Shown: positions 36,943 through 44,838 of the stretch, in pieces | Position numbering within the stretch: the stretch's first letter is position 1 | How the letters are laid out: each line of letters opens with the position of its first letter | Assembly (NCBI RefSeq): GCF_032080165.1 | Contig: NZ_DAMASY010000001.1 | Location: 496,247 to 541,084, forward strand | Source of the DNA: Sedimentibacter sp. | GTDB lineage: Bacteria > Bacillota > Clostridia > Tissierellales > Sedimentibacteraceae | DNA: 44,838 nt | Direction of reading: 5' to 3' | Made by a program: the position numbers and the translations under genes | The notes under the pieces: generated by a model | Database searches by the model: none | Told to the model about the DNA's origin: nothing | What the model saw: the letters and a program-made list of their open reading frames with translations, nothing else

Positions 36943-37749
36943 ATGACAAGAGATTTTGAAAATAAAACAGTATTTATAACAGGAGCAGCAAAAGGGCAAG
37001 GTAAAGGAGTCGCACTTGCATTTGCAAAACAAGGTGCAAATATTATTGCCTTTGATCTTGGAGAGAAGATTGAATACCCAGCTTATAATAGATCTTCTAA
37101 TGAAGAACTTGAAGTACTAAAGGAAGAAGTTATTGCACTAGGAGGTAAAATTGAAATCTTTGCAGGCGATGTTAGAAAGGCTAAGGATGTTCAAAATGCA
37201 GTAGAAAATGGTGTGAAATCTTTTGGGACAATTGATATCCTATTTAGTAATGCAGGTATCTGTGCTTATGGTCTATCCCATGAATTAACAGAAAATGAAT
37301 GGGATACAATGATTGATATCAATCTAAAGGGTAGCTGGCTAGTATCAAAATATGTAATTCCATATTTTTTAAAGCAAAAAAGTGGAGTTATTATATATAA
37401 TTCATCAGTTGCCGGTTTAAGAGGAATGAATCGTATTTCTCACTATGCAGCTTCAAAACATGCATTAGTAGGACTCGCTAAATCACAAGCTATTGAACTA
37501 GCTCCACATGGAGTGAGAGTATTAACAATTCATCCAACTGGGGTTAATACACCAATGAATGATGGTTTAGCTGAAATGGAAGGATCTACACCAATAGAAA
37601 TCGCCGAAAGGTCTGCAGGTAACCTTATACCAGTACCTTGGGTTGAAGTAGAAGATGTGGCAAATTCGGTATTATTCCTTGCAAGTGATAAAGCAAGATA
37701 TATAACTGGAAGCCAATATCTACTAGATGCGGGATTGTTAACAAGATAA
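36943..37749 (+). CDS. SDR-family NAD(P)-dependent oxidoreductase
   Basis: Cofactor motif ITGAAKGQGKG, NSS, catalytic YAASKHAL (YxxxK). Confidence 0.8.
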   Translation: MTRDFENKTVFITGAAKGQGKGVALAFAKQGANIIAFDLGEKIEYPAYNRSSNEELEVLKEEVIALGGKIEIFAGDVRKAKDVQNAVENGVKSFGTIDILFSNAGICAYGLSHELTENEWDTMIDINLKGSWLVSKYVIPYFLKQKSGVIIYNSSVAGLRGMNRISHYAASKHALVGLAKSQAIELAPHGVRVLTIHPTGVNTPMNDGLAEMEGSTPIEIAERSAGNLIPVPWVEVEDVANSVLFLASDKARYITGSQYLLDAGLLTR

Positions 37750-37820
37750 TAACCTTATGCTCAATTAAAAATAAAATGTAACACTAATAAAATGACAATA
37801 ATTTTTGGAGGAAGATAGAC

Positions 37821-38642
37821 ATGAAAAATAAAAAAGGTATCTTAAGTATAATTCTAGTATTAATATTAACATTTGCTTTAAGCGCTTGCGCTACTGAAAA
37901 TAAAGAAGTTGTAAGTGGAGATAAGACTGAAAAAACAGAAACGATAAAAGTAGGTACAATGGGTACTTATAACCCATTTAGTTTTGAAGACAAAGACGGA
38001 AAATTAACAGGATATGACTTAGAAGTTTTAAGACTACTTGAAAAACAAGATAGTAGTTTAAAATTTGAATTCGTTGCAGCACCTTGGGATAGCTTATTTG
38101 TTGGTTTAGATTCTAATAAGTTTCAAATGCTAGCAAACCAGATTACCACAAACCCTGATAGAGAAGCTAAATACTACTTAACTCAGAATAGATACTTCAC
38201 TTGTGTTGCAGAAATCATTGTTAGACAAGGAACGACTGGAATAAATTCTTTAAAAGACCTTGAAGGAAAGAAAATAGGTCTTACAGTAGGAGATTCCTTC
38301 ACAAGACTAGTTGAAGATTGGAATACAGCAAATGGCAACATCTTAACAATAGTTTACTATGAGCAAGGTATTGAAACAATTCTACAGGATCTTGTAAGTG
38401 GTAGAATTGATGCAACAGTAAATGATCCTATTGTTGCAAGAGATAAAGCAAAGGTTCAGGGATTGGCTGTTGAACCTGTAGGAGAAAGAATAGCAGCAGA
38501 TCCAACTTACTTTATATTTAGAAAAGATGAAGATGGTAAAGAATTAAGAGACAAAGTAGATGCAGCATTAAAGAATATTATAGACGATGGTTCTTTAGCT
38601 GAATTATCAATTGAATGGTTCGGAGTAGACTATACAAAATAG
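37821..38642 (+). CDS. amino-acid ABC transporter substrate-binding lipoprotein
   Basis: Lipobox LSAC after the signal peptide. SBP_bac_3-like sequence. Confidence 0.8.
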   Translation: MKNKKGILSIILVLILTFALSACATENKEVVSGDKTEKTETIKVGTMGTYNPFSFEDKDGKLTGYDLEVLRLLEKQDSSLKFEFVAAPWDSLFVGLDSNKFQMLANQITTNPDREAKYYLTQNRYFTCVAEIIVRQGTTGINSLKDLEGKKIGLTVGDSFTRLVEDWNTANGNILTIVYYEQGIETILQDLVSGRIDATVNDPIVARDKAKVQGLAVEPVGERIAADPTYFIFRKDEDGKELRDKVDAALKNIIDDGSLAELSIEWFGVDYTK

Positions 38643-38658
38643 AAAGTGGGCGATGTGA

Positions 38659-39369
38659 ATGGATAAGTTATTGGACTTCTCTTATATGATAGAATCAATT
38701 CCTGCTATCGCTAAGGGAATTCCAATTTCCTTAGCCATAGCCTTGGTTGCATTCTTTATAGGGCTTATTATTGGACTCTTTGTTGCATTAGTTAAGATTT
38801 ATCGCGTGCCAGTTCTATATCAAATTTCTAGCTTATATGTATCATTTATAAGAGGTACCCCATTATTAGTGCAAATATTTTTATCATACTATGGCATTCC
38901 ATTAGTAATACGTTATATTAATTCTCGATATAGCCTCAACTGGGATGTTTCCTATATTCCAGCAATATACTTTATTTATGTTGCTTTCTCACTAAATTCA
39001 GGTGCATACCTTTCAGAGACTATTAGATCAGCTATACAAGCGGTTAATAAGGGTCAGATGGAAGCTTGTCACTCAGTAGGCATGACAACATCACAAGGCT
39101 TAAGACGAATAATTTTACCACAAGCAGTAATAGTTGCTTTGCCTAATATTGGTAACCATTTTGTATCATTATTAAAAGATAGTTCTTTAGCATTTGCAGC
39201 CTCTGTTCCAGAAATTATAGGGCAAGCAAAGATAATTGCAGGTAGAACTTCACAATTCTTTGAAGTTTACATCGTTGCAGCACTTATATACTGGGGAATT
39301 TGTATTGTTTTCGAAAGATTGCTCGTATATCTTGAAAATAGATTCCGTAAGTTTGAAAGAGGTGTTTAG
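38659..39369 (+). CDS. amino-acid ABC transporter permease
   Basis: Polytopic membrane protein with an EAA-like loop, located between the SBP and ATPase genes. Confidence 0.8.
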   Translation: MDKLLDFSYMIESIPAIAKGIPISLAIALVAFFIGLIIGLFVALVKIYRVPVLYQISSLYVSFIRGTPLLVQIFLSYYGIPLVIRYINSRYSLNWDVSYIPAIYFIYVAFSLNSGAYLSETIRSAIQAVNKGQMEACHSVGMTTSQGLRRIILPQAVIVALPNIGNHFVSLLKDSSLAFAASVPEIIGQAKIIAGRTSQFFEVYIVAALIYWGICIVFERLLVYLENRFRKFERGV

Positions 39370-40107
39370 ATGATTGAAATAAAAAACCTAAATAAATATT
39401 ACAAAAAGAATCATGTTTTAAAAGATATTAATCTTAAGGTTGAAGAAGGTAGCACAGTAGCATTAATAGGCCCTAGTGGCTCAGGAAAGTCTACTTTGCT
39501 TCGTTGTATTAATCTGTTAGAAACACCAACGGACGGAGAAATCTATTTAGATGATATTGTAGTTAATGCACATAAAATAACTAAGCAGAGTATACATGAG
39601 GTTCAGCAAAATACAGGAATGGTTTTTCAAAATTATAATTTATTTGCTAATAAAACTGCACTTGAAAATATAGCAGAAGCCTTAATTGTAGTAAAAAAGA
39701 TATCTAAGAAGGAAGCATATAAACAAAGTGAATTATTGTTAGAAAAAGTTGGACTCTCTGATAGAGCAGATCATTTTCCATCTGGATTATCTGGAGGACA
39801 ACAGCAGCGTGTAGCTATTGCAAGAGCGCTAGCAATTAATCCAAAGGTTATATTATTTGATGAACCAACTTCTGCATTAGATCCAGAACTCGTAGATGAA
39901 GTACTTCAGGTTATAAAAAATGTTGCAAAAGAAAAAATTACCATGATAATTGTAACTCATGAGCTTGAATTTGCAAGGGATGTGGCCGATAAGATTATTT
40001 TCCTGGCAGACGGAGTAATTGTTGAAGAAAATAACTCAAAAGATTTCTTTAACAAACCTAAAGAAGAACGAACAAAACAGTTTCTAGAAAGATTTAGAAG
40101 AGTTTAA
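39370..40107 (+). CDS. amino-acid ABC transporter ATP-binding protein
   Basis: Walker A GPSGSGKST, signature LSGGQQQRVAIARAL, Walker B ILFDEPTSALD. Confidence 0.85.
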   Translation: MIEIKNLNKYYKKNHVLKDINLKVEEGSTVALIGPSGSGKSTLLRCINLLETPTDGEIYLDDIVVNAHKITKQSIHEVQQNTGMVFQNYNLFANKTALENIAEALIVVKKISKKEAYKQSELLLEKVGLSDRADHFPSGLSGGQQQRVAIARALAINPKVILFDEPTSALDPELVDEVLQVIKNVAKEKITMIIVTHELEFARDVADKIIFLADGVIVEENNSKDFFNKPKEERTKQFLERFRRV

Positions 40108-40149
40108 ATCTCCTCATATTTACACTATCCTTTAATTGAATTAAATTTA

Positions 40150-40195
40150 TAAGCTGATAAAGTAATTTAAGATATCAATTGTCAGCTTTTTTATT
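40150..40195 (+). terminator. possible terminator after the ABC operon (long imperfect hairpin + TTTTTT)
   Basis: Arms aagctgata...tgtcagctt followed by a T-run. Confidence 0.35.
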
Positions 40196-40465
40196 TAATT
40201 GGAAATTTTCAATTTTCTATTATTCTATTAACAGGAACCAATAATGTTATGCCCAAGCTTATCCAGATTATGATGAATATACTCATGTTGCTATTTCTTT
40301 AGATAGAGAACTTAATTATATGTACAGATTTGGAAGAAGAGATACTCATTATCCTTTTATATAATTGTTATATCATAATCATATAAAACTTACATAAGTT
40401 CTCCACATTTTTATTATATATTACATGTTAATTATATAACTTAATAAATTGAAAGGTAAAGTAAG

Positions 40466-40870
40466 ATGTTAAGCAAAATGACATTATGGGATAAAATATT
40501 AGTCTGCTCACTTATTATAATAAGTTTTGCATGGTTAGGTTTATCTGTATTATTTAATACAAAAGAAGGAACAAAAATTGTTGAAATTAAAGTATATGGA
40601 AATATGGTAGAAAAATTATCTTTAACTGAAGATACTTCAAATATCTACAGCTTTGAATTTGAAGAAAACACTGGGTATATAGAAGTTAAGGATGGTGCAG
40701 TAAGGATGTTAGAAATGGATAAAGACATATGCCCTGAAGGTATATGTTCAAAAACGGGGTGGATAAAGGAAGAGTATGAAACTATTGTTTGTATGCCCAA
40801 TGGAATAAGTGTTAACATAAAGAATAATGAAAATAAAGAAAAAGATAACGACATAGATGTGATTGCATAA
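40466..40870 (+). CDS. NusG domain II (DUF1312)-containing membrane-anchored protein
   Basis: N-terminal TM helix. GYIEVKDGAVRMLEMDKDICPEGICSKTGWIKEEYETIVCMPNGISVNIKN matches the NusG_II pattern. Confidence 0.6.
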   Translation: MLSKMTLWDKILVCSLIIISFAWLGLSVLFNTKEGTKIVEIKVYGNMVEKLSLTEDTSNIYSFEFEENTGYIEVKDGAVRMLEMDKDICPEGICSKTGWIKEEYETIVCMPNGISVNIKNNENKEKDNDIDVIA

Positions 40871-40871
40871 A

Positions 40872-40898
40872 AATAAGACCTCTTAGGTCTTATTTTTT
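40872..40898 (+). terminator. rho-independent terminator (aataagacc-tctta-ggtcttatt + T-run)
   Basis: Perfect 9-bp stem with a 5-nt loop, followed by TTTTTT. Confidence 0.7.
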
Positions 40899-41140
40899 CA
40901 TTGGTTATATCTTTACGGGGGACTAAATTGCTTAATAATTATAACAATTCGAAATCCTTAAATTAATTGTACATAATAATTATGGAGAAATTATGAAGAA
41001 AAACACATTAAACATATAAATTTTCTTCATAATAACTACATGATTTATTATTAAAATAATAGTGTATAATATAACCAAATATCATATAATTTTGGTAGTA
41101 TCAAATATTAGATTAAAAAGAAAATTATAAGGTGAAAAAA

Positions 41141-41830
41141 ATGAATGAGAAAATATTAGTTGTTGATGATGAGATTAACCTTTTAAATGTCATAAAAGAT
41201 TATCTTTTGCGAGAAACCTATGAAGTTTTTACTGCAAGCCGAGGAAATAAGGCTATAGAGCTATTTCATGAAATAGAACCTGATTTTATAATTCTTGATT
41301 TAATGCTTCCGGATATTTCAGGCGAGGAAATATGCAAATTAATCAGAAAGGAATCGGATGTGCCTATTTTAATGTTAACAGCAAAAAGCAGTGAAGATGA
41401 TAAAGTTACAGGTTTATATATAGGCGCAGATGATTATTTGACAAAGCCTTTCAGTCCTAGAGAACTGGTTGGCAGAGTAAGAGCAATTCTTAGAAGAACT
41501 AAAGGCAATTCTGAATTAACTGATGCTTTAGAATTTAATGATAAAGATTTGTTTATTGATATTCCTAAACACATAGTTAAAAAGGCAGGACAAGAAGTAA
41601 GTTTAACACCAAATGAATTTAAGGTATTATTGACCCTAGCGCAAAATCCACAGAAAGTTTTCACTAGAAGTCATTTGGTAAGTTTAGCTTTTGGCTATGA
41701 TTTTGAAGGATTTGATCGTACCGTTGATACTCATATTAAAAATTTGAGACAAAAAATTGAGGATAATGTAAAAGAACCTAAATATATTGTAACTGTTTAT
41801 GGTGTCGGATATAAGTTTGAGGGAGAATAA
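41141..41830 (+). CDS. OmpR-family response regulator
   Basis: AAGGTGA RBS. Receiver motifs VVDDE and LDLMLPD, and conserved K. Winged-helix C-terminus YIVTVYGVGYKF. Confidence 0.85.
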   Translation: MNEKILVVDDEINLLNVIKDYLLRETYEVFTASRGNKAIELFHEIEPDFIILDLMLPDISGEEICKLIRKESDVPILMLTAKSSEDDKVTGLYIGADDYLTKPFSPRELVGRVRAILRRTKGNSELTDALEFNDKDLFIDIPKHIVKKAGQEVSLTPNEFKVLLTLAQNPQKVFTRSHLVSLAFGYDFEGFDRTVDTHIKNLRQKIEDNVKEPKYIVTVYGVGYKFEGE

Positions 41831-41831
41831 G

Positions 41832-43187
41832 ATGATAAAAATAAGCGAACAGTTACGAAAGTATTTTGTAACAATTTCAATATTATCAATTGCATTTATT
41901 ACAATTACTTCAAATCTTAGTATAAATTATTTTTTTTCAGATTATATTAGGGATTCAAGAAGCAGAGATGATTTAAAAGTAGTTCAGTATGTGGAACGTG
42001 TATTCAGCGATTATAAAGAATTAAATTCTCATTCTTTAATGAATATAATGCATTATGCTTTCAGTGAAGATGTTGTAATTCAAATAAGGGACAAGAATAA
42101 TAATATAAGTTGGAACAGTAGTACATTTGGAATAATGTATGGGATGGTAGATGAATACAGCAGTGATGAAGGTAAATTTTCGTTTAGAAGTTATCCTTTG
42201 ACATACAATAACTCACAAATAGGAACTATAGATGTTGGACGACCAAAAAGCATTATATCTAATATAGAAGATGAAAAGTTTTTAATTACAATAAACAGTA
42301 TTTTTGCAATTGCATCAATTTTGACATTGATTATTGCTTTTCGTTCAAGTAATAGTATATCTAAGAAGTTTTTAAATCCTATATATGTTATTAAGGAAAA
42401 TGCAAAACTAATTGAACAAGGAAAATATAAAAACCTAAAGGAAGTAGAAACAAACACTGTTGAGTTATATGAATTATCCATATCAGTTAAAGAACTTGCA
42501 GAAAGGTTGAATAGCCAAGAATCTCTAAGAAAAAGAATGACTACAGATATAGCTCATGAGCTGAGAACACCTTTGGCTGCAATTCGAAGTCATATAGAAG
42601 CTTTTCTGGATGGAGTATGGGAACCTAATGATGAAAAGCTATCTGTTATTCATGGAGAAATAATAAGGTTAACAAAATTAATTAATGAATTATCTGAATT
42701 ATCAATTGTGGAAGATGATGAGATAAACCTGAAATTAAGCAATGTAGATATATCTTCAACATTGAATAATATAATAGAAAGCTATGAGCCTATGTTTTTA
42801 GATAAAAATATTAATATAGATAAAAATATTCAAAATGATGTTAATTTTATGGGAGACATTGATTATCTAAAACGTATTTTCGTTAATATTATTTCTAATG
42901 CAATTAAGTATACAAATGAAAATGGGTCTGTCAGTGTTTCTTTAGAGCAAATAAAAGATAAAATTAAAATAATTGTAAAGGACACAGGTATTGGAATCCC
43001 AAAAGAAGATTTAAAATATATTTTTGAAAGGTTTTATAGAAGCGATTTATCAAGGAATCGTCATACCGGGGGAACTGGTATTGGACTTACAATTACAAAG
43101 GCATTGGTAGAAGCACATGGAGGAACTATTAAAATCGATAGTGAAGTTGGAAAGGGAACTAACGTAATAGTGGAATTTAATAGATAA
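41832..43187 (+). CDS. sensor histidine kinase (HisKA + HATPase_c), partner of the upstream regulator
   Basis: GAGGGAG RBS. TM segments. H-box HELRTPL, G1 DTGIGIP, G2 [19 protein letters not shown]. Confidence 0.8.
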   Translation: MIKISEQLRKYFVTISILSIAFITITSNLSINYFFSDYIRDSRSRDDLKVVQYVERVFSDYKELNSHSLMNIMHYAFSEDVVIQIRDKNNNISWNSSTFGIMYGMVDEYSSDEGKFSFRSYPLTYNNSQIGTIDVGRPKSIISNIEDEKFLITINSIFAIASILTLIIAFRSSNSISKKFLNPIYVIKENAKLIEQGKYKNLKEVETNTVELYELSISVKELAERLNSQESLRKRMTTDIAHELRTPLAAIRSHIEAFLDGVWEPNDEKLSVIHGEIIRLTKLINELSELSIVEDDEINLKLSNVDISSTLNNIIESYEPMFLDKNINIDKNIQNDVNFMGDIDYLKRIFVNIISNAIKYTNENGSVSVSLEQIKDKIKIIVKDTGIGIPKEDLKYIFERFYRSDLSRNRHTGGTGIGLTITKALVEAHGGTIKIDSEVGKGTNVIVEFNR

Positions 43188-43203
43188 ATTATAACCCCTT
43201 ATA

Positions 43204-43249
43204 CTAATAAATCAAAATTAGTTATAAGGGGTATTTTTTTAGCCCGATG
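43204..43249. terminator. bidirectional terminator hairpin between convergent HK and mrp genes
   Basis: Arms ccccttatactaat / attagttataagggg (14-15 bp, one bulge) followed by TATTTTTTT. Confidence 0.7.
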
Positions 43250-43265
43250 TATTATTGTTTGTATT

Positions 43266-44042
43266 TTATTCCAGTATTTTTGCTATATTATTAAACAAAC
43301 TGTTATCATAAAATTCAATTAATCCATTATCAACAGCTAAAGCTATTTTATGGTCAATTGGAAGCTTTGCCAAAACCTTTATATCATGCTTATTAGCAAT
43401 TTCTTCAATATGACTTTCTCCAAAAATATGATATTCTTTATTGCAATCAGGACATTTGAAATATGACATATTCTCAATTAAGCCAATGATTGGAACATCC
43501 ATCATTTTTGCCATCTTAACTGCTTTAGATACAATCATTGAAACTAGTTCCTGTGGGGAGGTAACAATTATAATTCCATCTAAGGGTATAGATTGGAATA
43601 CTGTAAGCGGAACATCTCCGGTTCCAGGAGGCATATCTATGAACATATAATCAATATCTTGCCAAATTACCTCTTTCCAAAATTGCTTAACAACATTATT
43701 TAAGACGGGTCCTCTCCAAATAACTGGATCCGTGTCGTTTTCCAATATTAAATTAATAGACATTATATCAATACCGGTTTTGCTTGTGACAGGCAATAGT
43801 CCATTTTCATTTGCCACTGCTTTTGTATTAATTCCAAAAGCTTTAGGTATTGAAGGACCGGTTATATCAGCATCGAGTATTGCTGTGTTATGACCTCTTT
43901 TGTTCATGGTTACAGCCATCATAGATGTCACAAGAGATTTGCCAACACCGCCTTTACCGCTTACTATACCAATTACTTTTTTGATACTGCTTAGTTCGTG
44001 AGGCTTTTCGGTAAAATCTATTTTTTTATTATTTACACTCAT
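43266..44042 (-). CDS. Mrp/NBP35 (ApbC) family iron-sulfur cluster carrier ATPase
   Basis: P-loop GKGGVGKS, CPDC motif. GGAG RBS upstream on the minus strand. Confidence 0.8.
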   Translation of the reverse strand: MSVNNKKIDFTEKPHELSSIKKVIGIVSGKGGVGKSLVTSMMAVTMNKRGHNTAILDADITGPSIPKAFGINTKAVANENGLLPVTSKTGIDIMSINLILENDTDPVIWRGPVLNNVVKQFWKEVIWQDIDYMFIDMPPGTGDVPLTVFQSIPLDGIIIVTSPQELVSMIVSKAVKMAKMMDVPIIGLIENMSYFKCPDCNKEYHIFGESHIEEIANKHDIKVLAKLPIDHKIALAVDNGLIEFYDNSLFNNIAKILE

Positions 44043-44233
44043 AACTTACTCCTTATTTTTGATATTTTTGTACCTATATTTATAAATAACATAAAATTAT
44101 GTTATTTATATGGAGAAGTAAAACTTATAAAGATATATATATATATTTTTTAATAATCTTGATACAATCTTCATAATTGTTTGCTAGTATTTAAATATCA
44201 CCGCAGAGGTGGGGTGGTAAAGGAGGTTTTATA

Positions 44234-44494
44234 TTGAATACTATTCATACGGTTAAATTAAAACAAAGTAATATGCTTTGTAACAGGTGTTTAACAAATG
44301 TAGTTAAAGCTCTCAGCCTTATAGAAGGTATACAAGAATTAAATGTAAATCTTGATAAAAAATTGGTTAAGATTACTTATGAAAATGATAAATTATCAAA
44401 AAAAGTAATTCGAGAAATTATAAATGATTCAATAGTACACGGAAAAGTAGGCAAAAAAATATATATTGATAATAGAGCTTATAGAGAAAGTTAG
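44234..44494 (+). CDS. small heavy-metal-associated (HMA)-like domain protein
   Basis: AAGGAGG RBS. M-x-C-x-x-C (MLCNRC) near the N-terminus and ferredoxin-like length. Tentative. Confidence 0.4.
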   Translation: MNTIHTVKLKQSNMLCNRCLTNVVKALSLIEGIQELNVNLDKKLVKITYENDKLSKKVIREIINDSIVHGKVGKKIYIDNRAYRES

Positions 44495-44666
44495 GGGATA
44501 CATTATGGATTATAGAAATGGAAATAGTTCAATTTCAAATAAAGATAAATTCAGATATAAATTAACTGGATTGCTTTTAAGTCTAGATTTAACGTTATTA
44601 ATCATATTATTACAATCTTTAAATGAATTAGCTAGACTAAAAAATATTATACGAATGATTGAATAA
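44466..44666 (+). CDS. small hypothetical protein (66 aa)
   Basis: ORF only. Overlaps the preceding gene's 3' end. Weak. Confidence 0.2.
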   Translation: MIIELIEKVRGYIMDYRNGNSSISNKDKFRYKLTGLLLSLDLTLLIILLQSLNELARLKNIIRMIE

Positions 44667-44838
44667 AACAGATATTTGTATTTTAATAAATATTTTTAAT
44701 TGTTCTCCACAGTATCTCCACAAGCTTTTGATATCATTCTTAAGTCCCTGGAATAACTTAAGAATTATTTAAACAGTAAGATAGTTGTATTTGTCAACTG
44801 AAAATTAGGTCAAAAGGTCATTTAATTTTAGGTCACTT

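Noticed and set aside
1-44838. CRISPR arrays, tRNA/rRNA genes, transposase/integrase genes
   Set aside because: No regularly spaced direct repeats of CRISPR type. No sequence with tRNA-like acceptor/T-arm features was noticed. No ORF with recombinase (tyrosine or serine) or DDE transposase motifs. The ICE integrase is presumably outside the window.

Overview
Low-GC, Firmicutes/Clostridia-like DNA in which almost every gene is on the + strand. The window has three parts. (1) 1-8141: a Tad/Flp-type (type IVb) pilus assembly locus. It contains two short pilin-like genes, a prepilin peptidase, CpaB, CpaE/TadZ, CpaF/TadA, TadB, TadC and a TadE-like pseudopilin. A partial repeat-containing surface protein lies upstream and a membrane-anchored P/E-rich protein downstream. 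(2) About 8205-35750: the conjugation/mobilisation backbone of a Firmicutes-type integrative conjugative element (ICE). It carries a VirB2-like small membrane protein, VirB6-like and VirB3/PrgI-like proteins, VirB4, a CwlT-like NlpC/P60 hydrolase, an oriT-like repeat region, an RHH MobC-like protein, a relaxase with a C-terminal Sel1-repeat array, a DUF3991/Toprim primase and a VirD4 coupling protein. Accessory genes in this backbone include an AT-rich PIN-domain + zinc-ribbon protein, a DUF4406-like protein, a frameshifted orphan cytosine-5 DNA methyltransferase, and an amidoligase + GGCT-like pair. The VirB4 ATPase gene is split into a 201-aa N-terminal ORF and a 606-aa C-terminal ORF by about 5.8 kb of compositionally foreign, GC-richer cargo (15742-21560). 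That cargo holds an XRE regulator behind a consensus promoter, a TM2/zinc-ribbon protein, a double zinc-ribbon membrane protein, a YdjI-like SPFH/Band-7 protein with a DUF4339 tail, and an AT-rich orphan with a HEPN-like Rx4H motif. I consider this cargo cassette the best candidate for an undescribed membrane-acting stress or defence module. (3) 35940-44838: a diverged ~215-bp duplicate of the 3' end of a histidine-kinase gene (a likely integration or recombination scar). After it come a CMD-family protein, an SDR oxidoreductase, an amino-acid ABC transporter, a NusG_II-domain protein, an OmpR/HK two-component pair, a convergent Mrp/ApbC ATPase and a small HMA-like protein. I found no tRNA or rRNA genes, no CRISPR array and no recognisable integrase or transposase.
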